DNA from: Lingula anatina
Lineage: Eukaryota > Animalia > Brachiopoda
NCBI GenBank assembly: GCA_051362555.1
Contig: CM120647.1
Location: forward strand, 17,956,651-18,020,650
Reading direction: 5' to 3'
DNA: 64,000 nucleotides
In this document: positions 27,039 to 41,223 of the stretch, piece by piece
How positions within the stretch are numbered: position 1 is the first letter of the stretch
Layout: the number at the start of each line of letters is the position of its first letter
Translations under genes and position numbers: made by a program
Notes under the pieces: generated by a model
Database searches by the model: none
What the model was told of the DNA's origin: nothing
Seen by the model: only the letters and a program-made list of their open reading frames with translations

Positions 27039-27741
27039 TATCAACGTGTTTTATTTGGTTTAATGCTATAGTACATAAAAAATACTAATCTGAACTTGCA
27101 ACCAAAAAGTTGACATTTGACTTTAAGCATGTAAATTCAATCAAACGTTAAAGGGCACAAGGGAATTGTTTTTAAATTGCTTGTATATATATGGCATATG
27201 CATCCACAACATACTAGAAATTAAAGGTACGCACTCCGTTTTAAGAATGTACTTTATTATCTTTTATCTCTGAACGTAATTTTGGTTTTATGGACAAAAG
27301 CGTCCCCGTGTTACAAAGGTTTATAAAATATCGACATAGCAAATTTGTTAATGCAGTATTTTTTCTTATGCGTTATTCCAATAGAAAATTAAATTTAACA
27401 GTAATGCGCATGCCACTTACAGTAATGTAATTTGTAGTATTGCTGAAGGCATACTAACCAGGTTTTTCACACAAAATTTAATATTGGATTGTATGTTTTG
27501 TACTGCTTCTTAATTGATGACCAAGATATATACAAACCATGATTCATTTCGACCGCTTAATTCTTTTCGGTATCATTAAAAAATCCACATCACTTGCTTA
27601 TCGTTTTTGAGGTCTGAAGGGGGAAAGAAAATGCGCGTAATATTAATACATTTTCAAGCGAATGCAGTTACTTTTAAGTTAATTTTAATTTTTGCAAGAT
27701 CAGATATCTTTTGTTATCTACAGAATCGCAACTAAGGCAGA

Positions 27742-30700
27742 ATGTTTGGAAGAGTTCCTCTTGTGCTGTCGCTACTGGCAACCACAGCTAGTGCTGTACC
27801 CTGGTGGTATTCCGACATGAAGCCTCCCATAGAAAGTCCCACCAACCAAGCCAGCAACCCGGGAGCTCAACCTAGCAATAACAACAATTACCAAGGATAT
27901 GGCTTCTTCTTGTACAACCCTAACAACAACAACAAGAACAACAACAATAACAACAACAACAACGACAATAACAATAATCAAAACAATAACAATAACAAAA
28001 ACAACAACAACAATTATAACAGTAACAATCAATCACCTTTCATAAGTGGAGCTTCAGTGATCGACATTCCATTGAACAGTGGACGCCGTGGGGGGTCTAG
28101 ACCAGGTAAGACATGTTTTGGAACAGCTAATATTCCTTTATCTCGTTTTATCCCAATTGTCCCACTGCACCTTTTTACGCATTATAATTTCCAATGTACT
28201 GGGTATCTCTAAGTTTTCGGATTTTCGACACAATTTGCATCTGTAATTGATTGTCAGTCTTAGGAAGAATGAATCTATCTGACTATCCATCTATCTATCT
28301 TTATTCGTAAATTGCTACATTTTGCTTTTGTTTTCTGTGAATCTAGCTTTAGAATAAACGTTTGCAACTCGTTTTCTGGGGTGGGCAGATTTACACACAG
28401 TCATGGAATGATAGGGAATAGAGAGGAGAAAAACACGAAAGGTTGTCCGCCAGGAACCATGTGTAGTCCGTTTCCTACTACAGTTAACATTAGGATTATA
28501 TACTGACCCCGACAACCCTTACATTTACTCATCATATTCATATTTATGACCAGTTACAGAGCACCTAGTCAGTAGTTCACTAGACCCCGTTGTCTAGAAA
28601 TGCCTTTGCCGACCCTGGTGTCAAAAACACCTTTACCGATATTGTTGTCTAGAAATGCCTTTACCGAACTTGTTGACTAGAAATGCCTTTACCGACCTTG
28701 TTGTCTAGAAATTCCAGTACCGATCTTATTGTCTATAGAAATGCCAATACCAACCTTGTCTAGAAATACTAGTACCGAGCTTGTTGTCTCGAAATGCTAG
28801 AATCGCTCCTGGTAACTAGAAATGCTAGTACCAACCTCGTTGTCTGGAAATGTTAGTACCGACCTTATTGTCTATGGAAATGCCAGTACCGACATTGTAG
28901 TCTAGAAATGCCAGTACCCATCTTATGGTCTAGAAATCCTAGTATCGTAGAATAGAAAAAAAATAAAAGAATTTTTTGTCAAACAAATGCCACTTAACGC
29001 GACCAGATGCTACCATATCGTTTCATACAGGATGACTTTAAGAAATGCCAGTGAGTTTCGTTAGATTATCTCCAGATTTTCTTCACCCATATACTACATA
29101 TCTGTTTCCCTTTTGTGCTTAGTGGACTGGAGGAAAAAAATACGTAGGTCGATGTTACGGCCAGAAATTTGATGAAGGTGCAGATATCATGTGTTTATCT
29201 ACTGCCCCCTAGTTGAATGCTGGTTGTTTGTTTTTTCTTTTTGTTGAATTTGCATGTTAATTTTATTTATGTCGTGTAACAACCTGGCACATTGCTGATA
29301 TATGTAACAGGGCTTTAACTATCGCTTCATATGTCTCTTTATAGCGTTTCTGGCACAGATTTTACTGTTTTTGCTTCATTTAATCATAATACTACCGTAA
29401 AATCGCTGATTTGGAATATTGTTTCAATCTTTAGGGCGGTACATCGTCACCTATCACCCACACGTCACTCCATTCAACGGTAAGTAACATAACTTCATTA
29501 TGGGGCTTGCAGGTCCTTGGCATCAAACCCCTGTCATTAGCCCACCTATGCCATTTCAAGGATCACCTACATGTATATCCCACTGATAAAGTTTCGTACA
29601 GTATGCACCGGTGTGAGAATCGAGCAAATGTCTTTGAAATTATCAACAGTTTTCGAGGGGAGGAGGGGCATGGATGATATGAGGTTCATATTTACATGTT
29701 TGTTTCTCAAAAATGGTGTATTTAAATCATTATCTCTCTAGGAATGAAACTTGTGCTGCCTTGACGGAGGTCTGCGCATTGAGAATGTTTTTGTTTACTT
29801 CTTTAATGTACGTCATCTATACAAAACCACACCACTCTTTCAGTGCTTTATTCCATTGGCTTCGCTAAAGTGAAAAAGCTGCTTTCATTTAAAAGACGTG
29901 GACTTGTTGCTATTGTGGATGGGATAGACCAAAGGTGAAATTTTATGTTTTAGATGCGTGACAATCTTCATGATTGCGCAAGTGCGTAAACATGTATGTA
30001 TTTTCCGTGTATGTTTATGTGTGCACGTGTGCGTGTAGTTGTGTGCGCGTGTGTGTGCGCTCGTGTATGTATGTGTGTGTGCTCGTGTGTGTGTATATTT
30101 GTGTGTACCCGTGTGTGTCTGTGTGTGCGTGTTCGTGTGTGTGTGTGTGTGCGCGTGCGTGTTTACGACCAGCACCTGTGTACTCAGGTATTTATGCGTC
30201 TACATTTTCGAAGTATTTGTGTTGTACTCAAGCCATTGCTGTTGTTTTTTGTCTGATTTAAAGTTAATGAATATGCCACAACAGTATGCAGAAGTACCAA
30301 CAATAGGTATTATTACATAAGTTTCATTCTAGAATTCCATATCTGCCGTCATAGCGTTCAAGTCATATTTTCCTTCAATGTGTATAGCACTGCGCAGGCG
30401 CTAAGGCTTCGGCCAGACGTGCGATCAGTGACAGAGGATATAAAAGTCTACGCATCACAGTGTTTCGACCATCCAGCTGAACACCAAGACAGTTGGGTTA
30501 GTTTATGCCATTGTCTGTCGTCATACAGACTTCTATTATGTCTTCTCGCATCCTTTATAGATTAGCGCATGGCGTTATCGTAATGTATAAGTCGTCCTTC
30601 TGTTAAAATATGCATTGTTGAACATTATTATTATTATTATTCATTCATTAATTGACGATTATGCTATGTCATTTTAACTCGGGCATCTCTGACAAACAAG

Positions 30701-33700
30701 GAAAACCAATTTAACCTTTCAAAACACAAGAAAATATATAGTTACCTCTGATTGCCATTTAAAAGGATTTTCTTCTTACTAGCATATAAACATAAAATAG
30801 TAACCATGCCATGTCTCAAAATATGCGAGTTCGAAAATTAAAATCAACAATTTCTTTGTCCGCGACAAAAAAGCTTTTTTTTTCATTTTACATAGCAGTC
30901 AGGATACCGAAATATATAACAATTTTCGTTACCCTCTGGGCAGTCTTTAAGGGGCTTCACACCACTATCGGTTTCGTATTAATAGAATTGACTGACCTAC
31001 ATGTATATGTGTCCATCTCTCGCCTTCAGGCTTAGATATGTCTCGTTTTCATTTGAAAGTATTTTAATTTTTTAAATCTCAATCAGGGTCTTGACAGTCT
31101 TGACGGGGTGTCGGACAATACATTGCGTGTCGACGGTGATGGATCTGGCGTTGATGTTTACGTCGTGGACTCAGGTAAATAACAGAAGTACAGATTCTGA
31201 GACTGGGCTTGTGAATTTGAAACATACACACACTGGACAATAAAAGTGTCACCCCTACTGAACCGATACTTTGGGGGAGATAAGTGACTGTGGAATGATA
31301 TGCTCCTGGTTTCATTTTATTAACGTCAAATTTCACAAAAGAAACGGTTCTGGCAGAACAATTCAACTGTATCAATATTCTAATATTGCTTATATTCTGC
31401 CTCTTCAGGTTATAACTTTGATTACTCTGATTCAGAGGGCGACACTTCTATTGTCCAGTGTGTGTACTCTTCCTCAGGTTGCAATGGACAGTGATGCCAA
31501 GGGCATTAAGTCATGGACATACCGTAGTCCGACGATTGCCTTCGCACGGGTCATTACTTCATCGCATGAATGTATGTCTGTTTTTGTTGCATTTAACATA
31601 GTTGGCATTCTTTGAAGAAATAATAAAAAAGAGAAAACACGATCAAAGCGATAGACCTAGAAAATTTGACGCTTTTCACAAAGAGAAGAGGTACATGTAT
31701 CCTCTACGCGTTTAGAAATCCCCACAGTCATGTACATATATTTTCGGCAAAGCTTCACATATTTTCTAATTCAGAACTAAAAAAACGATAAAACCCTTAA
31801 ATAAATATTTACCTGAAGCGTTCCTGGGCCCCGTAACTCGAAAGCATGACGCATTGCGACTGAGCACAAGCGTCTCGATTCCATAACTCGCCCATACTCG
31901 CTCCATATAATATAATGTAGCTTCTATGTGATATCGCTATTCGCAATGGCGCGATGCTTTCTAGTTACGGAGCCTTGGTGTCTTGCATTCTCAGGTAGCT
32001 CGCAACAACTGTGCTATATATGGCACAAGGCTGTGAAACAGCTATAACACCACGCCATATTGTGCTAAAACGAGCCCATGACAATGAAGGACTGGAAGGC
32101 AGGTGTCATTCTAAATGACTGGCCAGTTTATTAAATGATTATATTAAAATGGAATAACACATCAAATCCAAGAGCAAAGACGGATCGAGCAATGATTCCT
32201 GAGACGGAGAAAATCGCCCTTTTCTCCAGTAAAATTTATTTTGGCGTAATTAAAAGATAAAATTAAAACCCGTGGAAAGTTCTTTTAATACATGTTTTGG
32301 TACCGGTAGATACAGGTACATGTACATGTAGAAACATTGTCTTAAACAAACACAAACACAAAAAGACAGGTGGTGAAGGGGTGAGAATCAAGATCAGTTT
32401 AATCTTTACTAGGTATAGCGCGTGGACACATCGCCTTTGATGGTTACAACAGCCCGAGCACCGATAGAGTGGACTCCCTTCACTTCGACAGCTACGGCGG
32501 GGACGGTTCTGATAATAACTTTCACGGAACCATGGTGGCCGGAGTTGTAGGCGCAAATCTTTGGGGAGTAGCGAAAGAAGTTACGCTTATACCAGTAAGC
32601 TGATCCGCCGCCGTTTCTGTAGGGCTGCTTGCATGAGCCCACAAACTCAAAATGGCAGCCAAACAAAATACAGGTGTGACAGGAATGCAAGTCCTAGGAA
32701 TGGAAATCCGGGCTCCAACATGATTAGTACAGGTTAGGATTAGTTGGAATATTGGGGTTAGAATATTGGACGAATGTCACCTGTTCAAAGGAATGGGAAA
32801 CGGCTAGGTTCCTAACGGATTGCATTCCTGTTACCCCGGCAAACCTGCAAGGTTTTTATTATAATATCCTGTTTGGTTGGTATAAGAATTAAGTATTTAA
32901 ATGGTTTTCAGTTTCGACCTTTTAGCCACATCATGGCGAAGAACTGAACAAGGACCCTTACTGTTTCTCCTGTATGAAAAGTTTTCATGCACGATACATG
33001 TATGTTTCATGTATTTGTATAGTGCACTAGTACTTCTAACACCGTTATCACCGGCAAACATAAAATAAATTGAGACTATTAAGATAAGAGAAATCTGCCA
33101 TATACAGTACATGTATTCTCCAGGTTAAAGTCCTCGATGAGAATGGCAGCGGGTTCTTGTCAGATGTACTAGACGGGTTGAACTGGATTCTACAGCAGGT
33201 AGGACCTACGGGGAGAAATCGTCCCTCGGTCATCAACATGTCTTTAGGAGGACCAAACCAAGGTCCCAGTCCTTCTGAAGTAGCTATAGAGGCGCTACGA
33301 GACATGGGTGTCCTCACAGTGGTGGCAGCTGGGAACGAGGGGATAGACGCCCGCTTTTCAGATCCGGCTAAGGTGAAGTCCGCCATAACTGTAGGTATGT
33401 CCAGGTATTTTCCAACATTGATATGTTTTATATCAGCATTTCATATTAAGAACACGTAACATATCTAAGCGTATGTGATACCAGAAGAACAGCGAGGAAT
33501 ATTCGATGCCTTTTTTTTTTTCGTTTTTCACATACTTTGAGGTGATGTACAGTACATGTAGTAACGTTTCTTTAATGACCATGTCAAATTGTATATAATG
33601 AAAAAGTTATAGTGATTATGCTGTTAAACACTGAGGAATATTGCATCAACATTGACAGAAACCCGATTTTGTGCATTATCAGTATTATCGTCTTTTAAAA

Positions 33701-34649
33701 TATCATTTTTACACGCTGACATTTTCAAAAAATAACAATGAACACTCATGGGCCTAAACACTTATTATATTTTATGAGGCGAGTATGGGCTAGTTACTTA
33801 TTATCAGTGTCCATTTAACTTGTGGTGCATTATTGAAAGACGGTAGTGATAATGTTCTTAAACGTTCTTCTATATTGTACATGTATACTGACAAAACGAC
33901 CAAATTTGGGCATCATTATTCCTGATGTACAGTGTATGCCCGTAAATGTGACAAGTCTGCTTCTTTGCTTTTCCTTCTTCTGCACAGGCGCAGTGGACAA
34001 GAACAATTACCAAGCCTCGTTTTCGAACTATGGACGTGTTCTGGACATCTTCGCTCCGGGGGTGTTGGTGGGGGGACCGAACTACGCACGACCAGACTCC
34101 GAGTTGGCTAATTTGAGGGTACGTGACTTAATCAATTAATTAAATTAAAAGCATTTTAATACGCTACATGTATCTCGAGTCTTTCTGACAGACTTTGAGT
34201 AAGATTCGGGAACGAGAACTTCCCTATGGGGAAAGGGGGAGGGTTGAGGATGGGTTCGTTCATCCATTTACTAAAATAATCCTCAACGTTAAATATGATC
34301 GCTTTTCAGTGTATTCCTTTTTCAATCCATGATTATATTTACTATTCTAGTCTCTGTTTAAATTTTGCTGTTTTTTTATCTTTCCCTGGTTATTTTTTTT
34401 TTTTTTTTCAAAAATCTCATATATAATATAACACACCTGACTGTTCTGTTTCAGCATTCGGGGACGTCATTTTCAGCACCACATGTCGCAGGAGTGATAG
34501 CCGCCTACATTTCAACGCTGCCTTCCACGTCTTTCACTGCGGCGTTCGCAAATGACGTGGAAAATTACATCCTAACCAACGCCGCGCCAGACCTGCTGGG
34601 TGGCAAACGTTCCTATACAAATAAGCTACTTCGTACAACCTGTACTTAG
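27742..34649 (+). CDS. Secreted S8 subtilase C, about 491 aa, with poly-Asn module
   Basis: Exons 27742-28105, 29435-29479, 29844-29934, 30388-30496, 31087-31174, 32413-32594, 33124-33394, 33988-34118, 34455-34649 (1476 nt). Motifs [28 protein letters not shown]. Confidence 0.93.
28587..28947. repeat. Minisatellite of about 28 bp, roughly 13 degenerate copies, in an intron of subtilase C
   Basis: Head-to-tail units resembling TTGTTGTCTAGAAATGCCAGTACCGACC, with no spacers. Confidence 0.88.
31823..31978. mobile_element. Small palindromic MITE
   Basis: Inverted ends gccccgtaactcgaaagcat ... atgctttctagttacggagc. Confidence 0.6.
32671..32839. mobile_element. Small MITE specific to an intron of subtilase C
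   Basis: Inverted ends ggtgtgacaggaatgcaa ... ttgcattcctgttacccc, interrupting intron sequence (aaaatggcagccaaac) that is contiguous in A and B. Confidence 0.65.
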
Positions 34650-34906
34650 ATGGTACTGCGTTGTTGCTGAATCTGTCTTTTAGGGCTTTTGTTTCGCTAT
34701 TCAGCACAGAGTGATATATCACTTCAAACTATAATGGATTAAAATGGTGCTGGTTTCTACCAGTGTTGCTTGGTGCCACCGTAACCGCTACCGTAAATGT
34801 AAAATCCTCGCCAAGCACCTTGACTGTACATGCACTTATTAAGAGAGGACTAAACGCCTTCAGAACCAAAAAGGCTTTTGTTGGCAGCCACTGCTCTCTA
34901 AGTCAA

Positions 34907-34950
<44 letters not shown>

Positions 34951-35716
34951 GGAAAGAGGAAAGGAGGTTGGAAGTGCAATGATGTCACACAACTGCACTC
35001 TCGATTATACATGCAAATATTTATGACGTCAAAAAAACGTACGTCACTACTTTAATCATGCACATTTTAATCATATCGTCAAGTTTTGAGCAAATAAATA
35101 TGATGTGGGTTCCATTTTGATTGTACGTGTTGTTTACTTGTACTTTCTATTTTGCATTTATATGTCACTCCTTGGTTTAATACCAGTAAATGAAAACCCA
35201 AAGTTTGACGGACACGTTGTATATGACGTTACGTTGTACATAACGTTTTATAAAGGTCCTATTTCTACTAGTTATCTACGTATGACGTATATAAATAAAC
35301 GTTTCTCTCTTGCTGTATGACGTCACATAGATAGACAACGAATGATGAATGCACTAATTTATACATGAGTGAAGGGCTGATTAATAGATTATTTGAAATT
35401 CAAATTGTCTGACACATAATTGTCACAGCGTAAGAGACTCGTGATGTGCATGTGCAGTAAACTTGTAGACCCGAGGCCATTTTGACAAGATACCTGTAGC
35501 TTTAAACTTTCTGGACACTTAATCAGTCATTAAAAGATTTGAAAAGATTAATCAGTCATTAATAGATTATTTACTGCAGCTGCGTCTGTTTTATAACAGG
35601 GGATACTTAAGGCTGATTATTCTGACCGCTGCTTACTATACAGGCAACTTTACGAGAATGGAGAAAAACTGTCTGCAGTCCTATGATTTTGTCGGGTATT
35701 ACTGAAGGACATGTAT

Positions 35717-37110
35717 GAGTTACTCTTAGTTGCTTAAATTTACTCACTTTTTCTACAATTTCTCCATCTACCAATAGTGTTGGTATGGTATCTATACATT
35801 TGGTAAAGTTAAAATCCATACATTTTGTCTTCTTTACATTCAATTTCATATTGTTTTTTCTAACCCAATTTTCAAGTTGCTCTATTGCCTGTGGAAGTAG
35901 TGACTTTTGGCTAAACTGACAAATTTCTAGTGTAGTTGATGTGTCATCAATGAATTTTATATCTGGGCAGCAGGTTTTTAGATCATTTATCATTGCTATA
36001 AACAGGATTGGACCTAACTTTGTCCCCCTCCGTTAAGCTGGACCCAGTCAGATTTACACTGACCACATTTCACTCTCTGATACCTTTGGCATAAAATGGA
36101 GTAAATCCACTTCCTAATAAACTCTGGAATCCCTTGACTGCCCAGTTTTTCTATTACGATGCTGTGGTCTATTCTGTCAAATGCCTTAGAAAAATCTAAA
36201 AATAAAACTTGGTTGGTTGGTTAACTTTTGGGACAGGGATTACCTCTGCAGATTTCCAATTGTCAGGTACATATCCCTCTCTGATAGAGCTATTTAAAAT
36301 TGCGCACAAGGGCTTGGACAGGAAGCCTGCAGAATCTCTGATGACCCAATTTGGAATTCGGTCAGGACCTTTAGCCTTTTAGAGCCTAACATCAGAGAGA
36401 AGTTTTTCGACATCATTTACACTAATAGTAAATTCATTTGGTACTACATAGTTCTGGTGGACATTTTCAGTCGGTGTGAGAGGTATCAAATTCCTACTAA
36501 CACTTTGAAAAAATTTATTGATCTTTTTTACTAGAACCTGGTAATTACCATTTGATGTGCTATCAGCAAGTGACTCTAATGAACATTTATTGTCATTCAA
36601 ACCTGCTAGCTCTTTCGATTTCTTCCACCAAGTGGAAGAGTCCGACTGTTTTAGTGATTCTATTTTGTTTTTGCAAAAAGATGATTTCAGTTTCTTATTG
36701 GTTCTGTTAACTTTGTTTCTGATGCTATGTGAGAGTTTGGTGTCTCCCTCTCTGAAGGCTTTTTGGCGCTGTTTGATAAGATCCTTGAAGTTGGTCTGGC
36801 AGTGTGTTAAAATTTCCTATCAAGAACAGTGCAGAAAATGGGTGTGCCCTCAAGATTGCATCAGAAGAGGATATGATTTGCTGGATCATAGGTTAATTGC
36901 AGACCCTGGTGGATGGTAGATTGCCCCAAAAGAAATATGTGAGAAGTTTCGAGGAAGCCTTGTAGGCCTCAGAGTTACCCATATGGATTCAAAGTTACTG
37001 TCCTGGTTGTTCCATACTTTGAAGGGGATTGAGTCTCGGATGTAGCACACTATTCCACCTCCTCTTCTGTGCTCTCTGTCCTTTCTCACCATGTTGTAGG
37101 TTGGAATACT
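35717..37110 (-). mobile_element. Degenerate, internally deleted LINE (APE endonuclease and RT fragments)
   Basis: Fragments RKDREHRRGGGIVCYI...AIYHPP (endonuclease), KAKGPD, DFSKAFD, GTKLGP, FIDD and NNMKLNVKKTK, with many stops and frameshifts. Confidence 0.85.
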
Positions 37111-40100
37111 TTGTTTGGCAGGGATCTCACGTTAGCATTTAGTATGTGTGGTAATGACCACTTTTTGTCCATCACATAAATCAAGTTATTCTGGTCATAA
37201 TTATGGAGAGTCTTGGGTTGAGGAATGTCCTTAGGGCGAGGTGTAATTATCACTTTAATGTTTCTCTTTTTGTATTGTCCGCCTCTGCAACCCCTGTGTG
37301 TTGGTTTAAAAAGATTAATCAGTCATTAATAGATTATTTACTGCAGCTGCGTCTGTTTTACATGTATAACAGGGGAGACTTAAAAGGACACAAAAGAGGA
37401 TTTTCGCGCCAAAATTGATTTATCCCGGGGTAAACAGTACTTTTCCGCGATTCACCAACCTTTAATCTTTCATTCCCGGCACTCGCCATCGCTCTGTAAC
37501 ATTTTTTGAAAAATACAATAAGCGGAGGTTTACCAACAACCAACTCCATTTTTATACTCGAACTCTTTAGACTTCCGGATATCGCGAGATTCCCGTATTG
37601 CGACCTAGTTAAAACCAGTTCAAGCTGCCGGGAAAAGACAACACGGAACAGGAGGCTCAGTTAGCTGGGACTCCATCGAAGAAGGGAAGAAAGATAACAA
37701 AAAGAAAAAGGAAACACCCTTTACAAAAATCAACACCAGAAAAAATTCGTAAAACAGTGTATCAGCAAATGTGCGACAGGCAAACAATAAACACCGGCGA
37801 GGAAGAAGGCAGATGAAAACCTGCTTGGGTGGCCATGGATACGAAGTATCGCCTGGCCGCGAAGTATTTACTGGATTTGTGAGTACCATTTACAATAATA
37901 TTTGAGATAAGACACCAGTGAAAATATTTATTAACCACAGAGATTAATGTTTATTTACGTGTGTTCGTTGTATTTCTTAACGATTGTCAAGCTCGTCTGT
38001 CAAAATATGCCATGAAATTGTAACTAATATGAGTGGTATCGATGACAGAAATTACAAGTGTTGCTCATTTGTCGACTCTGACAGGGTTTGGGTTAGTTTA
38101 TAGAGCAAAGAAAGTTTAAATAGAAATGGACATGGTGGGAGATACTAGTCTCATTACATGTACATTACAATGACCGGGGCGAATTGTTGACTTACCGAGG
38201 GCACATTTCTAGACATACAAAACACAGTAATTAAGACGTATGACCAGGATGCTATTTCTTTAGGCATCTAAATCCCAAAATGAATGTGCAGAAGCTGTTA
38301 TTGTATCTAAGTTTAACTCAATTTTAAATGGCATGTCAACTATAATTGAAAATATCTTTGAGTATTTTTTTATTTTATATTCTAAAGACAATTTGTCTCC
38401 TTTTTACATTAAAAATAAATAAATAAATAAATCAGAAAGGGAATATTGCATGTTTATGTTTGGTACATCTCTAAAATGTATTAAATAGTCCAGAGTAATA
38501 ATTTAGCGTCTAACCAGTAGGCCCTATTTCAAGTTGTCCATGTAGTTAATACTAGTGCAGTTGAAGATGACGGTCTAGATAATTTAAGGTGATCATATTG
38601 AGAAAAATAGCATTTATACTTATTTCAGTTGAGTTTTATACTTATTTCAATTATGTTTTTACATAATTTTTCTCAAACTTGATTATCTTAATTTTATGTA
38701 CTGTTGCTTTTTTTGTTGCAGTATCAAGGTAACTTTTCCTATGGGATGCCTGAACTGGAAGAAGTGCAGATGGAAGAGGAGGAAGATGCTGAAGAAGAGG
38801 GAAATAAAGGATCCTGATGATCCAACATTTGCGATGAGAAACCCATGGTTCTAGATCATAAACGGAAAATGTCGTTTATGGGGCCCGTCACAGAAGAAAA
38901 GTCGCGAGGCTGAAGTAAAGGACTCTTTTTGAAAAAGGAGGCGATATCAAACAAATGCGGTAACATATTTTCTGCAAACGTAAATATTACACAGTACAAT
39001 TCAACGTTCTTGCTATGCATGTAAAATTGATAATTTTATTATCAACGGGAGCTACTTTTGGGGAAATGGAGCTTTTTACTTTCACACCTATTCTTTTTTT
39101 TTTTTTTTTTTTTCAAATCGAAAATTGTCCCCGGGGAAGAACCTAATGCTGCTGTTTTGAATAAAAAGCAAAATATTAAATCAATAAAATAAAGAAAAAT
39201 GACCGACCCTTAAATTTATTTGCTATGCATTTCTGTTGAAAAGCTCACTCGTGCCAGCCATATAAATGTTTTTGAAATATATTTATCTCAAAAATCAGGA
39301 CAATGCCTTTCATAAATTAATAGGAGATTGAAGATAAGTATCCAATCTGCATCTGCGCACTGGATGTATGGGCTCAGGCGTTAATAAAACTTTAAACTTC
39401 CATCCGTGGTTAAATAGTCTGGACATTTTATGGTCGGATTGAACGAACAAGTAGGCTAATGTACAGCTTAGTATGCACAACGCGAACATAAGCGTAATGG
39501 GATTCGTTAGGAGAAACTGACTTTGTAAAAATTCATAGAAGCACGAAAGGTGAATGCAGAATACATTTGCATAGAGAAAATAAATATTAATTAAATAATT
39601 ATAAAAGTGCGTTTGTATCACGATTTGCATCTTGTTCGTAAAAAGCACACTCGCAATGTTATTAAAGGAATGAAAGCTATTTCTTTTGTGCGGGGATAGT
39701 ACCATATTGGTATAAATTCATCAACTTACCCTTCCAAATCTACGTGATTCGTGAAAACGTTTAATTAGCGTTAAAGGAATTTGTTCTAAAACGTCCCGAA
39801 CTTTGCATAAATTCAACAAACTCTTCAAACAAGGAAGGTCGAAAAGTGGAAATGTGAGTAGTTTGCTAGTTTCCGGTTCAGTTCGTATGATTATCGCCTT
39901 AGTCTCTGTCGCGGGAATCCTGACCAATGAGAATGGCTGAATATATCTAAGCAGACGATTCCTGCCATTCAACACATGAAATAAATCATTCTGCAAGTAC
40001 GGCCATTTTCTATCTTTATGATTATAAATTCTTTGCATTCCTGCAAGTACGGCAATTTCCTATCTTGATGATTGGTGACAGTTTTCAATTCCTTGTGATT

Positions 40101-40698
40101 GGTGATTGACCTGAATATATCTTCGTGATTGGTGATTGACCTGTTTTAATTCTTCGTGATTGGTGATTAAGGGGGGTATTCCCTACCCTCTTTTTTGGAC
40201 TCCATTGTACAGTGGTAAAAGTTCTTCAATTGCAATGAAAGTTTTTAATCAGACTTTGTATGGTGCTGCCATCTGCTGGTGCTATTGGCAACGAATTAGT
40301 TTGCCTTTGTTTCTGAGTGAATCTACCGTCTAAAATCACTATTTCTGAAAATATTTGCGTTTTGCTGAGGGTAGGCTAGGCAAAGTACGTGTGTACAACA
40401 GAATTTTTTTTAAAAACCCTAGCGATATTTGGTCAGGAGTTGCTTGAAGCATAGCACAGCGTTGCTGTCTATCAGCATCAGGCCGTTAGTTTGTCAATTA
40501 TCACGAATTACCCACGAATCGCGAACCCATTCATTTGCCTATGGCAATCTAGCAACTCATTAAAAATGCACGCATGCACAGTGGGCTAGGCGTGACGGCA
40601 TGCAGTGCATTTCTGGGGATGGATTTCCCTAGGGTAAACGACAATTTCCCCATAATTACCAGCGGTCATTGAATCTGTTCCGACATTCGAAGTCAGTC

Positions 40699-40742
<44 letters not shown>

Positions 40743-41077
40743 TTAAATGTGCAATTTGTAGCTGTATGTGTTGTTAACAATGCTTTACTTGTGGTGTTTT
40801 GAATCTCCTATGAAGAGTTGTTATCCCTTTAATCATGTTTGTAGTTCTGAAAATAAAATGTTTCGATAACCTATACGCAGGCCTCCTAAACACTTTTAAC
40901 AACAAGCTACAAAATACAATACTAATAAAGACAAATAAAATTAAGTTATTAGAATGGAGGGTGTAGAGAAGAAAACAAGTAAATATAGTAGAACAGTCGC
41001 ACACAGGCCATATTGAAAGGTGTTTTATTCAAATTCAGACTCAAAGCATATTGCGTTTGTTAAAGTATAGTTCTTCC

Positions 41078-41223
41078 CAGGGGCGTAACTAGACCTTTTA
41101 AAATTGTACGCACAGATTTTGAAAATTCCCAGGATTATATTCCGTGAAAAATACACTGAATTTATGGAGATCATGGTTGGCTCAAAAATTGTGCATCCGT
41201 GCGTATGCCTGGTTACGCCCCTG
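41078..41223. mobile_element. MITE with CAGGGGCGTAAC terminal inverted repeats
   Basis: caggggcgtaac ... gttacgcccctg. Confidence 0.7.

Noticed and set aside
28587-28947. CRISPR-like array of 28-bp repeats
   Set aside because: The units are contiguous and degenerate with no unique spacers, no cas genes are present, and the context is a eukaryotic intron.
1616-34649. Recent horizontal transfer or contamination explaining the microbial-looking subtilases
   Set aside because: Each gene has eight conserved spliceosomal introns and host-type repeats, and proteinase K-like S8 genes are known in animals. An ancient origin cannot be judged without a phylogeny.
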